64,000 nucleotides of DNA from Acidobacteriota bacterium (GCA_016211085.1 JACQSY010000039.1:3129-67128); one strand, 5' to 3'. Counted from the stretch's first letter, positions 29,347-37,417 are shown. The notes: generated from the sequence alone by a model not told the origin. Program-made: numbers and translations.

Positions 29347-29432
29347 CCCCTCCGCACCCTCCCTTGATTGGTCCAACACTGGGGGGGAAATCCCTCATTT
29401 TCTTCTGGTCTTTGTGAAGCTTCTGGTCGAGA

Positions 29433-32400
29433 ATGAGAAACCAGACGGCGCTTCCTATGCCCTTCCCCTATGAAGTCTTGGAGCCGCTGGAGAGGAGCGG
29501 CAATGCTTCAGTCTTTCGCGCTCGGGACCTGCGTAATTCGGATCTGAAGGTTCTGACATTACTTGCTTCTTCTCCTTCAGGTGAGACAGACCTGCGCAAA
29601 GTGGAAGAAGCCTTTGATCAGCGCCGCAGCCTGGAACACCCCTATCTGATCAGGGTTGAAGACCTCGCTTATCGCCACCGCCGCCTCGGATTAATCAGTG
29701 CTTTTCTACGGGCCAGCCCCCTCAAGAAAGCTCGACTGCACAGAGGAGACCGCTTGAACATGGGTCTGCAGCTTTGCGAATTGGTGGCTTATCTCCACGC
29801 CCGGGATTTCTACTTGGGCCTGCTGAGGCCATCGCAAATTTATTGGAGCGCCGACGGACATATTGAGTGCAACATTCTCTTCACCATCCGGCGCGATGAA
29901 CCCCGGGGCGGCGACCTGATCGTTTGCCGCTATTCCTCGCCGGAGTACCTGGAAGGTGGATCCATCACCAGCTGTTCTGATCTGTATTCGTTAGGCATGC
30001 TTCTTTACCTGGTCTTTACGGGCGTCCCTCCGTTCTTGGAACAAGAGCCGGACCATCTAAGAACGAAGCAGCTTTTCGCACGTCCTCTCTCTCCTAGGCT
30101 GATCGACCCTGATTTACCAGCTCCATTGGAGGAGCTCATTGTAGGGCTTCTTGAAAAGAATCCACTCCGCAGACCCTCAGCAGATTACGCACGGCAGATA
30201 ATTCGTGACGTGTGCGGCAATCCGCCTTCCGCACTTCCCAGATTTCGTTCTGTTCTGGTGGGGAGGAAGCGAGAGGTGGAGGCTTGTAGAAAAAGAATGA
30301 CGGCATTTTTGTCAGAGCCTCGGCTGGCCTGCGTGTTGGTCCAAGGGAAAAGCGGGGTGGGGAAGAGCGCATTATTGAGTCGGATGGAGTTGGCGGCGCG
30401 CCTTCGAGGGCTTGAGACCCTTCAGTTGCGACATCACCGCGGCGGGAAAACCATCACTTTCCAGGGGCTGCTCGAACCCCAAAAGTCAGGCAAGATTTCA
30501 AGACTGCCACAAAAAGGAACCTGCCAAACGCTCGCTCAACTGTTGCGAGAGAGACGTAGACCGCTGGTTCTGCTCCTGGATGATCTGCAATGGATGGATG
30601 AGGCTTCTTTCAGCGCTTACCGCAAGCTGCTCTCTTCCACTGCCGCTCCCCTGCTCATGATTGCGGCGGCCAGGACCGATGAATCCTCACCGGTGCTCGA
30701 ACAATTTCGGGTACTTCTTGAGGGAGTTCCTGATTTGGAGCGGATTTCACTTTCGCCTCTGGCTTTTTCCGACGTAACCGCTCTTACAAAGAATCTCCTG
30801 GGAAGTCCGCCTCCGGAAGGTCTCATGAAACAGCTGGCGTCGCAGTGCGCCGGAAATCCCTTTTACCTGTACGAGCGGCTGCGATGCATTCAGGAAAGAA
30901 AGGAATTGACGTACACGGGGGGACGCTGGCACTGGATGCCCCAAGACCTGACTTCTTCCGATCTCCCCGAAAACGTCGCCGAAGACATCCGTTCGAGGTT
31001 GTCGAGCCTCTCCAAGAGCGAGCTTGACCTCTTGAAACTGCTCTCGTTGTTGGAACGTCCTTGCTCGCTTGCGCTGCTGTCTTCGGTTTTGGCGGAATCG
31101 TGCGAGAAGGTGGCGGATACCCTCCGCTTTCTGGAGTCTCTTGATCTGGTAACGCTCTCCGGCGGCCTAAGCAATACCGTAGTTCAGCTCAGCCATGACT
31201 GGGTGGGGCAGGCGGTACAAACCTTGTTGAGACGGAAGGAAGCGCGCGAGCTGCACTTCAAGATTGCAGGGGCCTTGGAGGCGGCGTCAGGCGGCCCGGA
31301 ACAAGAAGCCATTCTGACCTGGCATTTTGCAAAGGCTTGCGCTTCTCAAAAAGTTCAGGACCACCTCTGGAAGGCAGTCAGAAACCTTCAAAAGCAGCAT
31401 CTGTATCGGGATGCCGCTTACTTGATAGTCGTTGTAAAGGAATGTCGCGCGCTGAAACTCGATTCCTGGGAGAAAACCGAGTTGACTATAGAGGCCTTAT
31501 ATTCATCCGGAAAGTTCGATCTTTGTCTAGAAGTAGCAGAGTCGACATTAGCGAAAGGAAGACTTGCGGACTCGAATCGCACCTATGTCTTTTCAAGAAT
31601 CGCCGAAATTCAGCTACTAACCGGCAATATCTTAAAAGCTAGAGTGGCTCTGGACAAGGCACTCCGTCTCAATAGCACAGAGAAAGCACTGCGAATTCAA
31701 TTAGAGGCTCAACTACTTTGCTTATTGAGCAGGTGCGGAGAACAGGGAGAGTCACTTAGTTTAGCTCAACGGCTGTTGGATTCACTAAATGGCTGTGATT
31801 GTGAGGACAAAGTGGCGCATGCTCTTTGCTCATTTGAAGACTCCAAGGGCGGAGTGCAGGAGGCCATTCGTTGGGAAGCGATAGCGGTTAAAGCAGCATG
31901 TGTGAAAAGGAAGTATGTCAGTATGGTAGGGAGGATTTCTAATCTAAGTCATTTTCATGCTGAGTTGGGGGACCTTCATCAGGCTAAGAGATTTGCACGC
32001 TACAGCTTGGAGTTTTCCAGGCAGTTGGGCAATGTGGAAGTCGCGATCTTTTCTCAGACTATTTCCCACATCATTGACCGAAAACAAGGGAGGCATCAGC
32101 AAGCTCTGCAGGGACTTTCTGAATTGCTGGTTCGCAATCGCCAATCCAACCAGAATCGACATGTTGAAGCTGAAATCTGTGTTGAAATCGCCAAGAATTT
32201 AAATTACCTGGTCAACCCACAGGCAGCACTGCAGTGGCTCGATCAGGCGTCTCAGCAGGTGGGAGAGGATCCCATCGCCTCAACCTTGACCGATATTGCC
32301 GTCGCCCGCGCCTGGAGCTATTTGCTCTTAGGAAGACCCCAGGAGGGCCTGCGCCTCATCTCCGAACTGGATTGGGAAAAACTGGTTCGAGGGCGGGTCC

Positions 32401-34463
32401 GTTTTCACCTCTTCTGCGCCTCTGCCCAGTTGTTCGTCGATAATCTGGAGGCTGCCCGTCAGTCCGTATATCAAGCTCTTGCCTTGCTCACGCCCGAAGC
32501 GGTTTATCAGCGTGCTTTGACCCACTTGATTGCTGCAGAAATCTTGTTGAGAGCCGCTGATATTGCGGGCGCGGCCGAACACCTTCAGACGGCAAAAAAG
32601 CTGTGCGTCGAACATTTCTATGCTCCCTTGCTTTCCCGCTGTTATCTTTTGCAAGCGCGCTTCCAACTGGTTAAGCAGGATGCTGCTTACGCGCGAGTCC
32701 TTTGCAAGCGAAGCCTTCAAGTTGCCCGAAGTGTGGAAAGGCCTTTGCTTTTTGCCGAGATTCATCGGCTGTCCGGACATGTTTACGCCGTGGCGCGAAA
32801 CTACGAAGAATCAATTCGCCACTTTGGCAATGCGCTACAGATATTGAAAGAGAGAGCACTTTTCCTTTCTTCTTCCCATCGGGAGTCTTTCATCAAAGCT
32901 TTCGTCAATCCGGTTGAGAACGAAAGAGACGATGTGGCGAAAGTTCCCAGCCGCCCCAGCAGCCAGTACTTGATTCGCTTGCGTGATCTCTTTTCGGAAT
33001 TGCAAGAGAAGAAAAGCCTTGAAGAAGCAGCTGGGGCTTCTTTGGCGATTCTCCGGAGCCTTTTCCCGGAAATGTCGGCCTGTTTGCTGGTGCAGCGGCA
33101 GACAGCGGATCCTCCGGAAACGATTGCGACGGTGGGCCGTTGCCGGCGTTCAGCGTCCGATCTGATAGGGGAAATGAAAAAAGGCGGCCCGGTGCGAGTT
33201 GTCCAGGGCAGTCCTGATCAGCCTCTTACAATTCCCCTGTCGGCCCATGGCAGGCCCTTAGGACTGCTGCATGTGGAAAGCCACACCCGTGTCTTCTCGG
33301 AGCCCGAGCTCGATTTTCTCGACTGCCTTCGCAGCATTCTGGAATTGGAGATAGCCAAATTCTTGGCGGTTCCCGCAACATCCAGGGCGGCTCGCCAGGA
33401 ATTAGTCTTGGTAAACGGTACCCGGCTCGTCGGTTCCCACCCTGAAATGCAGAAGCTGGCTGAACATGTCAGGAAAGTTGCCGTGACCGACGGTACGGTG
33501 ATTGTCACAGGCGAGAGCGGAACCGGGAAAGAGTTGGTGGCGCGCTCGATTCACGAGCTTTCCCCGCGACGTTCGCGAAGGTTTGTCCCCATTAATTGCG
33601 GTGGTCTGACTCAGGAACTGATCGAAAACGAATTATTTGGGCATGCGCGCGGAAGTTATACCGGTGCCCAGCGGGACAAAGCGGGTCTGTTCGAAGTGGC
33701 GTCGGGGGGAACGATGTTCCTCGACGAGATTGGGAGCATGGCGCTTGAGCTCCAGAAAAAGTTACTCAGAGTCCTCCAGCAGCGGCAAATTCGCAGGATC
33801 GGAGAGACTGAGGAAAGAAACATTGATGTCCGGATCATAGCGGCTACCAATCAGCGTCTTGAATCCCTGGTGGAACAAGGACAATTTCGTGAAGACCTCT
33901 ATCACCGCCTGAACGTGCACCAGATTGAGATTCCTCCTTTACGGGAGCGTGAGTCTGACATCCCGATGTTGTGCGCGTTTTTTGTAGATCAGTTAAACCG
34001 CCGTGAGAAGCAAGATCGCCAGCTTTCAGCTGCAGCCATGGAATTGTTGTGCCGCCACCAATACCCCGGCAATGTTCGTGAACTCGAAAACATTGTGGAG
34101 AGCATATACCACCTGAGCCAGGGCCCGCTAATTGATGCCGAAGTGGTGCGCTGGCGGCTGGCTTCGTCAAGACGGCCGGCAAGTTCTTCGCTTCAACAGC
34201 GGGCAAGGGAGTTGAAAGAAGCGCTTTTTCAGGGACGGTTGGAATTCTGGTCGGGAGTCCGCGACGCTTTTTTAAGACGCGATCTGTCTCGCGCCGAAAT
34301 TCGGGAGATGATTTCGTTCGGGTTGGCCGCCTGCGGGGGACGCTACCGCACCTTGCTTGAGCGCTTTCACATGCCATCCGCAGACTACAAGAAATTCATT
34401 TCGTTTCTATCCAATCACGACTGCAAGGTTGATTTTCGTCCCTATCGCCAGAACCGCGCTTGA
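29433..34463 (+). CDS. Giant sigma54-dependent activator: degenerate Ser/Thr kinase + AAA_16/STAND NTPase + helical (TPR-like) repeats + GAF + sigma54-interaction AAA+ + C-terminal tail
   Basis: Uninterrupted 1,676-codon ORF. Kinase-fold motifs SSPEYLEG and DLYSLGMLLYLVFTGVPPF. STAND Walker A QGKSGVGKS (30345-30368) and Walker B LVLLLDDLQWMDEAS. EBP motifs GESGTGKE (33510-33533), GSYTGA (33651-33668), GGTMFLDEIG, RIIAATN, FREDLYHRLNV, YPGNVRELEN. Confidence 0.9.
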   Translation: MRNQTALPMPFPYEVLEPLERSGNASVFRARDLRNSDLKVLTLLASSPSGETDLRKVEEAFDQRRSLEHPYLIRVEDLAYRHRRLGLISAFLRASPLKKARLHRGDRLNMGLQLCELVAYLHARDFYLGLLRPSQIYWSADGHIECNILFTIRRDEPRGGDLIVCRYSSPEYLEGGSITSCSDLYSLGMLLYLVFTGVPPFLEQEPDHLRTKQLFARPLSPRLIDPDLPAPLEELIVGLLEKNPLRRPSADYARQIIRDVCGNPPSALPRFRSVLVGRKREVEACRKRMTAFLSEPRLACVLVQGKSGVGKSALLSRMELAARLRGLETLQLRHHRGGKTITFQGLLEPQKSGKISRLPQKGTCQTLAQLLRERRRPLVLLLDDLQWMDEASFSAYRKLLSSTAAPLLMIAAARTDESSPVLEQFRVLLEGVPDLERISLSPLAFSDVTALTKNLLGSPPPEGLMKQLASQCAGNPFYLYERLRCIQERKELTYTGGRWHWMPQDLTSSDLPENVAEDIRSRLSSLSKSELDLLKLLSLLERPCSLALLSSVLAESCEKVADTLRFLESLDLVTLSGGLSNTVVQLSHDWVGQAVQTLLRRKEARELHFKIAGALEAASGGPEQEAILTWHFAKACASQKVQDHLWKAVRNLQKQHLYRDAAYLIVVVKECRALKLDSWEKTELTIEALYSSGKFDLCLEVAESTLAKGRLADSNRTYVFSRIAEIQLLTGNILKARVALDKALRLNSTEKALRIQLEAQLLCLLSRCGEQGESLSLAQRLLDSLNGCDCEDKVAHALCSFEDSKGGVQEAIRWEAIAVKAACVKRKYVSMVGRISNLSHFHAELGDLHQAKRFARYSLEFSRQLGNVEVAIFSQTISHIIDRKQGRHQQALQGLSELLVRNRQSNQNRHVEAEICVEIAKNLNYLVNPQAALQWLDQASQQVGEDPIASTLTDIAVARAWSYLLLGRPQEGLRLISELDWEKLVRGRVRFHLFCASAQLFVDNLEAARQSVYQALALLTPEAVYQRALTHLIAAEILLRAADIAGAAEHLQTAKKLCVEHFYAPLLSRCYLLQARFQLVKQDAAYARVLCKRSLQVARSVERPLLFAEIHRLSGHVYAVARNYEESIRHFGNALQILKERALFLSSSHRESFIKAFVNPVENERDDVAKVPSRPSSQYLIRLRDLFSELQEKKSLEEAAGASLAILRSLFPEMSACLLVQRQTADPPETIATVGRCRRSASDLIGEMKKGGPVRVVQGSPDQPLTIPLSAHGRPLGLLHVESHTRVFSEPELDFLDCLRSILELEIAKFLAVPATSRAARQELVLVNGTRLVGSHPEMQKLAEHVRKVAVTDGTVIVTGESGTGKELVARSIHELSPRRSRRFVPINCGGLTQELIENELFGHARGSYTGAQRDKAGLFEVASGGTMFLDEIGSMALELQKKLLRVLQQRQIRRIGETEERNIDVRIIAATNQRLESLVEQGQFREDLYHRLNVHQIEIPPLRERESDIPMLCAFFVDQLNRREKQDRQLSAAAMELLCRHQYPGNVRELENIVESIYHLSQGPLIDAEVVRWRLASSRRPASSSLQQRARELKEALFQGRLEFWSGVRDAFLRRDLSRAEIREMISFGLAACGGRYRTLLERFHMPSADYKKFISFLSNHDCKVDFRPYRQNRA

Positions 34464-34601
34464 TTGGAGAATCGGCAAAAGGATCCAATCCCTCAAGCCG
34501 CGCATCGAACGCAAGCGCACAGCCGATCGGCTTCAGCAACTTCTAAAACTTGCAGTTAAAAGCACGGTTGTAGGGAAGGAGAAAAGCGCGGCCTGAATGT
34601 C

Positions 34602-35602
34602 TCAACAAAGAGAAGACACTTCATTGCTATGCGACACTTCGCTATGCGACACTTCTTTGTGTTCCAGCCAGGGAAAAGCCGGGAAGCGTCCGAGTAAGGC
34701 AAGGCTTTCAATAATCCGCAGCGGTGAGCCCCAGTCGCTCCATTCGATGCCGGACATTGCCAGTACCAGTATGTGCTTGGATGCTTTTTCAAGGAGAGTG
34801 CGGGAGAAGTTGGTCCGTTCGATTTTTCGGACAGTTCAGGAAGATGAAACGACACTGCCGGGACACTCTTTCGCAGCAACTGATCCAACAAATCAAAGTG
34901 TTCCACAACTTCGGGAATATAAAGACGCCCCAGGTCCCAAAGGGTCTGCACCTTCACTGCCATAACCATGGTATTCCAGAGGTATCCCTGGCGGTAAAAC
35001 CTTTCTGCTTCAACCGCTGATGGTTTCTCGTGGAATCCCCGCACGGAATACAGCTCGAGGTCGGAGCCTTGGATGGTTCCAGCCTCAATCCAGCCGTATT
35101 GAGTTTCCGGGCGCCGCGGCCTGGCTGCCAGCAGCACCAGATGTTTGCGGTTCTGCTCGGCTAGCTCGGCAGCCCGCCGGGCATAATCGATAAAGCGGTC
35201 CTCGGGGAAAATGAAGTGGTCGGAAGGCAGAATAATCAAGGTGACGTCGGGATCCAGCGAACGTACATAGGTAGTGGGCAGAAAAATCCCTGGCCCGGTG
35301 TCTTTGTTCTCAGGCTGTTCAACGACCCATCCGTGGAGTTTCGATCTTTGGGTCTTTAGAAAGGTTGAATGCCCGGCTCCGATTACCGTCACAATGTTCT
35401 CAACGGACGCCAGCTGCCGGGCCCGATCCACCGTATGCTGCAGCATGGACCGGGAACCCACAAAGGCGCAGTATTGTTTAGGTAATGGATGCCCCAGCCA
35501 GTTTGTGACCAGGGGACGCATCCGTTCCCCGTCTCCTCCTGCCAGGATGACAGCCCATCGTTTACCACGGTTCCTTCCTTTCATGCTCGTGCTCTTCATC
35601 AT
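34602..35602 (-). pseudogene. Mannose-1-phosphate guanylyltransferase-like sugar-phosphate nucleotidyltransferase, frameshifted (or assembly indel)
   Basis: N-terminal WAVILAGGDGERMRPL and the core match the family in the track frame. The conserved C-terminus (NFSRTLLEKASKHILVLAMSGIEWSDWGSPLRIIESL...) is encoded in a different frame ending at 34602. The switch must lie between 34812 and 34835, which contains a T5 run (34823-34827). Confidence 0.7.
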
Positions 35603-35713
35603 CCGCTCCCAAATCTTTTAGCTGATCCTTTAAGCTGCCCAGTCAAGCATCCCGAAGTGCTGACGATTCAAATGGAGCCCGGGGAAGGTGTAACCGTGCC
35701 ACCCGACTGTAAC

Positions 35714-36478
35714 TTATTTGACCCTTGCCGGCACGTAGCGATTCAAAGCGTCAAGAAATGGCCTGACGACGGAGTTTGAACGGATCTTTCCCCGCATCAA
35801 GATGTCGGTACCAGAGACATCCTTACCAAAAACCTTGTGATTTGCGCTGTCGTTAATGTTGAGCCCAGCCCCATCCAGCGCTATTCCTGCAAACAGCCCC
35901 TTGCTGCGTGAATAGGAATAAATGGAAGCATCCATTCGCACGTTGGTGCTGGCCGAGGCCGTTCGCCCTACCGGCCCGGCTGCAACGGAAGCGTCAACCC
36001 CCATCTTCAGACCCTTGTCATTCAGCAAAGCCTGCAGCCCGTCATCGTCTGTGAAAACGAGTACCAGGTCCATCTTGGTAACGCCGATCTGAAAACCTAA
36101 GCTGGCCCCGCCCAGGTCGACGAAGCAGGGCGTGCTCCAAGCTTTTGCAGAAGTTCGTCTGGAAAGCAGTCCTTTTCCATAGGAACCACCAATGCCGAAA
36201 GCTCCTTTAACCATTCCGGGAATCACGGCGATGGCATGGGCGCGCTCCAATAAATCCTTCGGTATTCCTTTCTCAGGAACTCCAGAAAGCTCGGCTAAGA
36301 CTTCCGCCGCTTCCTTGGAACGTTCTATGTAATCCTCGAGGTCCTTCTGCTTCTCGTCACCCGGAGACTTTCGAGGAGCTTCGGCCGCTAAGACCAAGTA
36401 CGGCAGAAACGCGAGGGTCATTATGGAGACCCGCGCCCGTAATGAAATGAAAGATACCCATGATCCACGTCGATACAT
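35714..36478 (-). CDS. Secreted SYLF (Ysc84/DUF500) lipid-binding-domain protein
   Basis: Core ...AIAVIPGMVKGAFGIGGSYGKGLL...GGASLGFQIG... is typical of SYLF. Start placed at MYRRGSW... (36478), which has a GGAGGGAGG Shine-Dalgarno and lies downstream of the predicted sigma54 promoter. Confidence 0.72.
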   Translation of the reverse strand: MYRRGSWVSFISLRARVSIMTLAFLPYLVLAAEAPRKSPGDEKQKDLEDYIERSKEAAEVLAELSGVPEKGIPKDLLERAHAIAVIPGMVKGAFGIGGSYGKGLLSRRTSAKAWSTPCFVDLGGASLGFQIGVTKMDLVLVFTDDDGLQALLNDKGLKMGVDASVAAGPVGRTASASTNVRMDASIYSYSRSKGLFAGIALDGAGLNINDSANHKVFGKDVSGTDILMRGKIRSNSVVRPFLDALNRYVPARVK

Positions 36479-36537
36479 GTGTGACTCTCTTCCTCCCTCC
36501 TTCCGAAACTTCATGGACGGTGATTGCTCTAATGGAG

Positions 36538-36552
36538 GCAAGTCGGATGCCA
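36538..36552 (-). promoter_or_regulatory. sigma54 (-24/-12) promoter candidate P2: TGGCAT-CCGAC-TTGC
   Basis: The minus strand reads aacTGGCATccgacTTGCCtcc. The GG and GC dinucleotides have the canonical spacing. It lies about 60 nt upstream of the SYLF gene start at 36478. Confidence 0.6.
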
Positions 36553-36719
36553 GTTCCGTTTCAGAATCACAGAAAGTTAAGACTGTATCTTTTCAAGCTT
36601 TACCGTTTGGAAGAGAGCAGGACGCTTTCCGTCACACAGGAATTTTTCTCAGCAGAAAAGAATTTTTTCCCTTTTTGAGACGGCTCGCTTGAGGAAACCG
36701 TTGGTTCTCACCGGCGAGA

Positions 36720-36890
36720 TCACAGCCGGCGCGGTCGGATCAATCCGGTGATCAGGAAAATGAGAAACATTGCTATGAAAATCAAGAAAAGAATTTTGGC
36801 GATCCCGGCAGCCGTGGCAGCAATTCCTCCGAAGCCGAGCAAGGCGGCTACCAGCGCGATTGCTAGGAAAACAAGAGCCCAATAAAGCAT
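36720..36890 (-). CDS. DUF1328 (UPF0391) small membrane protein
   Basis: [39 protein letters not shown]... is the characteristic DUF1328 sequence. The start at 36890 is preceded by GGAGGTG. The longer track ORF would swallow the promoter. Confidence 0.8.
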   Translation of the reverse strand: MLYWALVFLAIALVAALLGFGGIAATAAGIAKILFLIFIAMFLIFLITGLIRPRRL

Positions 36891-36919
36891 GAGAAACAGC
36901 ACCTCCGAAAAGCTTTCTG

Positions 36920-36934
36920 GCAACTTATGTGCCA
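36920..36934 (-). promoter_or_regulatory. sigma54 (-24/-12) promoter candidate P1: TGGCAC-ATAAG-TTGC
   Basis: The minus strand reads caaTGGCACataagTTGCCaga, about 30 nt upstream of the DUF1328 start. The element is part of a TGGCA-N7-TGCCA palindrome, so a weaker plus-strand reading (TGGCAA-CTTAT-GTGC) faces the CBS gene. Confidence 0.65.
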
Positions 36935-37000
36935 TTGCCGTCCCGGGTTCGGATCAGTGGTGCTAATATGAAATAAAGAATCTTCTATTGGAGGTATGTC

Positions 37001-37417
37001 ATGAAAGCCCGCGAGATCATGACCAAACATCCGGCAACGTGCACGGAGGATGATCCCATCTTGAACGCGGTTCAAATCATGAAGCAGCACGACTGTGGTG
37101 CTGTGCCGGTCACCGACCTGCAGGGGCGCTGCGTAGGTATAGTGACCGACCGTGATATTTGCCTTGAAGTAGTACTCAAAGGCTTGGGGCCGGAGAAATC
37201 CCGGCTTCGTGAGATCATGAGTTCCCACCCCGTTACCTGTAATCCACAAGAAGACATAGAACGGGTTCTCCAAAAGATGGAAGAGCACCAGATCCGTCGC
37301 ATTCCTGTGGTGGATGAATCGGGGAAATGCGTGGGCATCATCGCACAGGCAGACCTGGCCCTAAAGGTTCAAGAAAAGGAAAAAGTCAGTGAGCTGGTCG
37401 AGGCGGTCTCTCGATAG
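37001..37417 (+). CDS. CBS-domain pair protein
   Basis: Two CBS motifs (...IMTKHPATC......VQIMKQHDCGAVPV... and ...IMSSHPVTC...HQIRRIPVVDESGKCVGII). GGAGG Shine-Dalgarno 5 nt upstream of the ATG. Confidence 0.85.
   Translation: MKAREIMTKHPATCTEDDPILNAVQIMKQHDCGAVPVTDLQGRCVGIVTDRDICLEVVLKGLGPEKSRLREIMSSHPVTCNPQEDIERVLQKMEEHQIRRIPVVDESGKCVGIIAQADLALKVQEKEKVSELVEAVSR

Noticed and set aside
35687-35701. A perfect sigma54 -24 element (TGGCACG, minus strand) about 95 nt upstream of the nucleotidyltransferase gene
   Set aside because: At the -12 position the sequence reads CACC instead of TTGC. The near-invariant GC dinucleotide is missing at the required spacing, so I do not call it a promoter.
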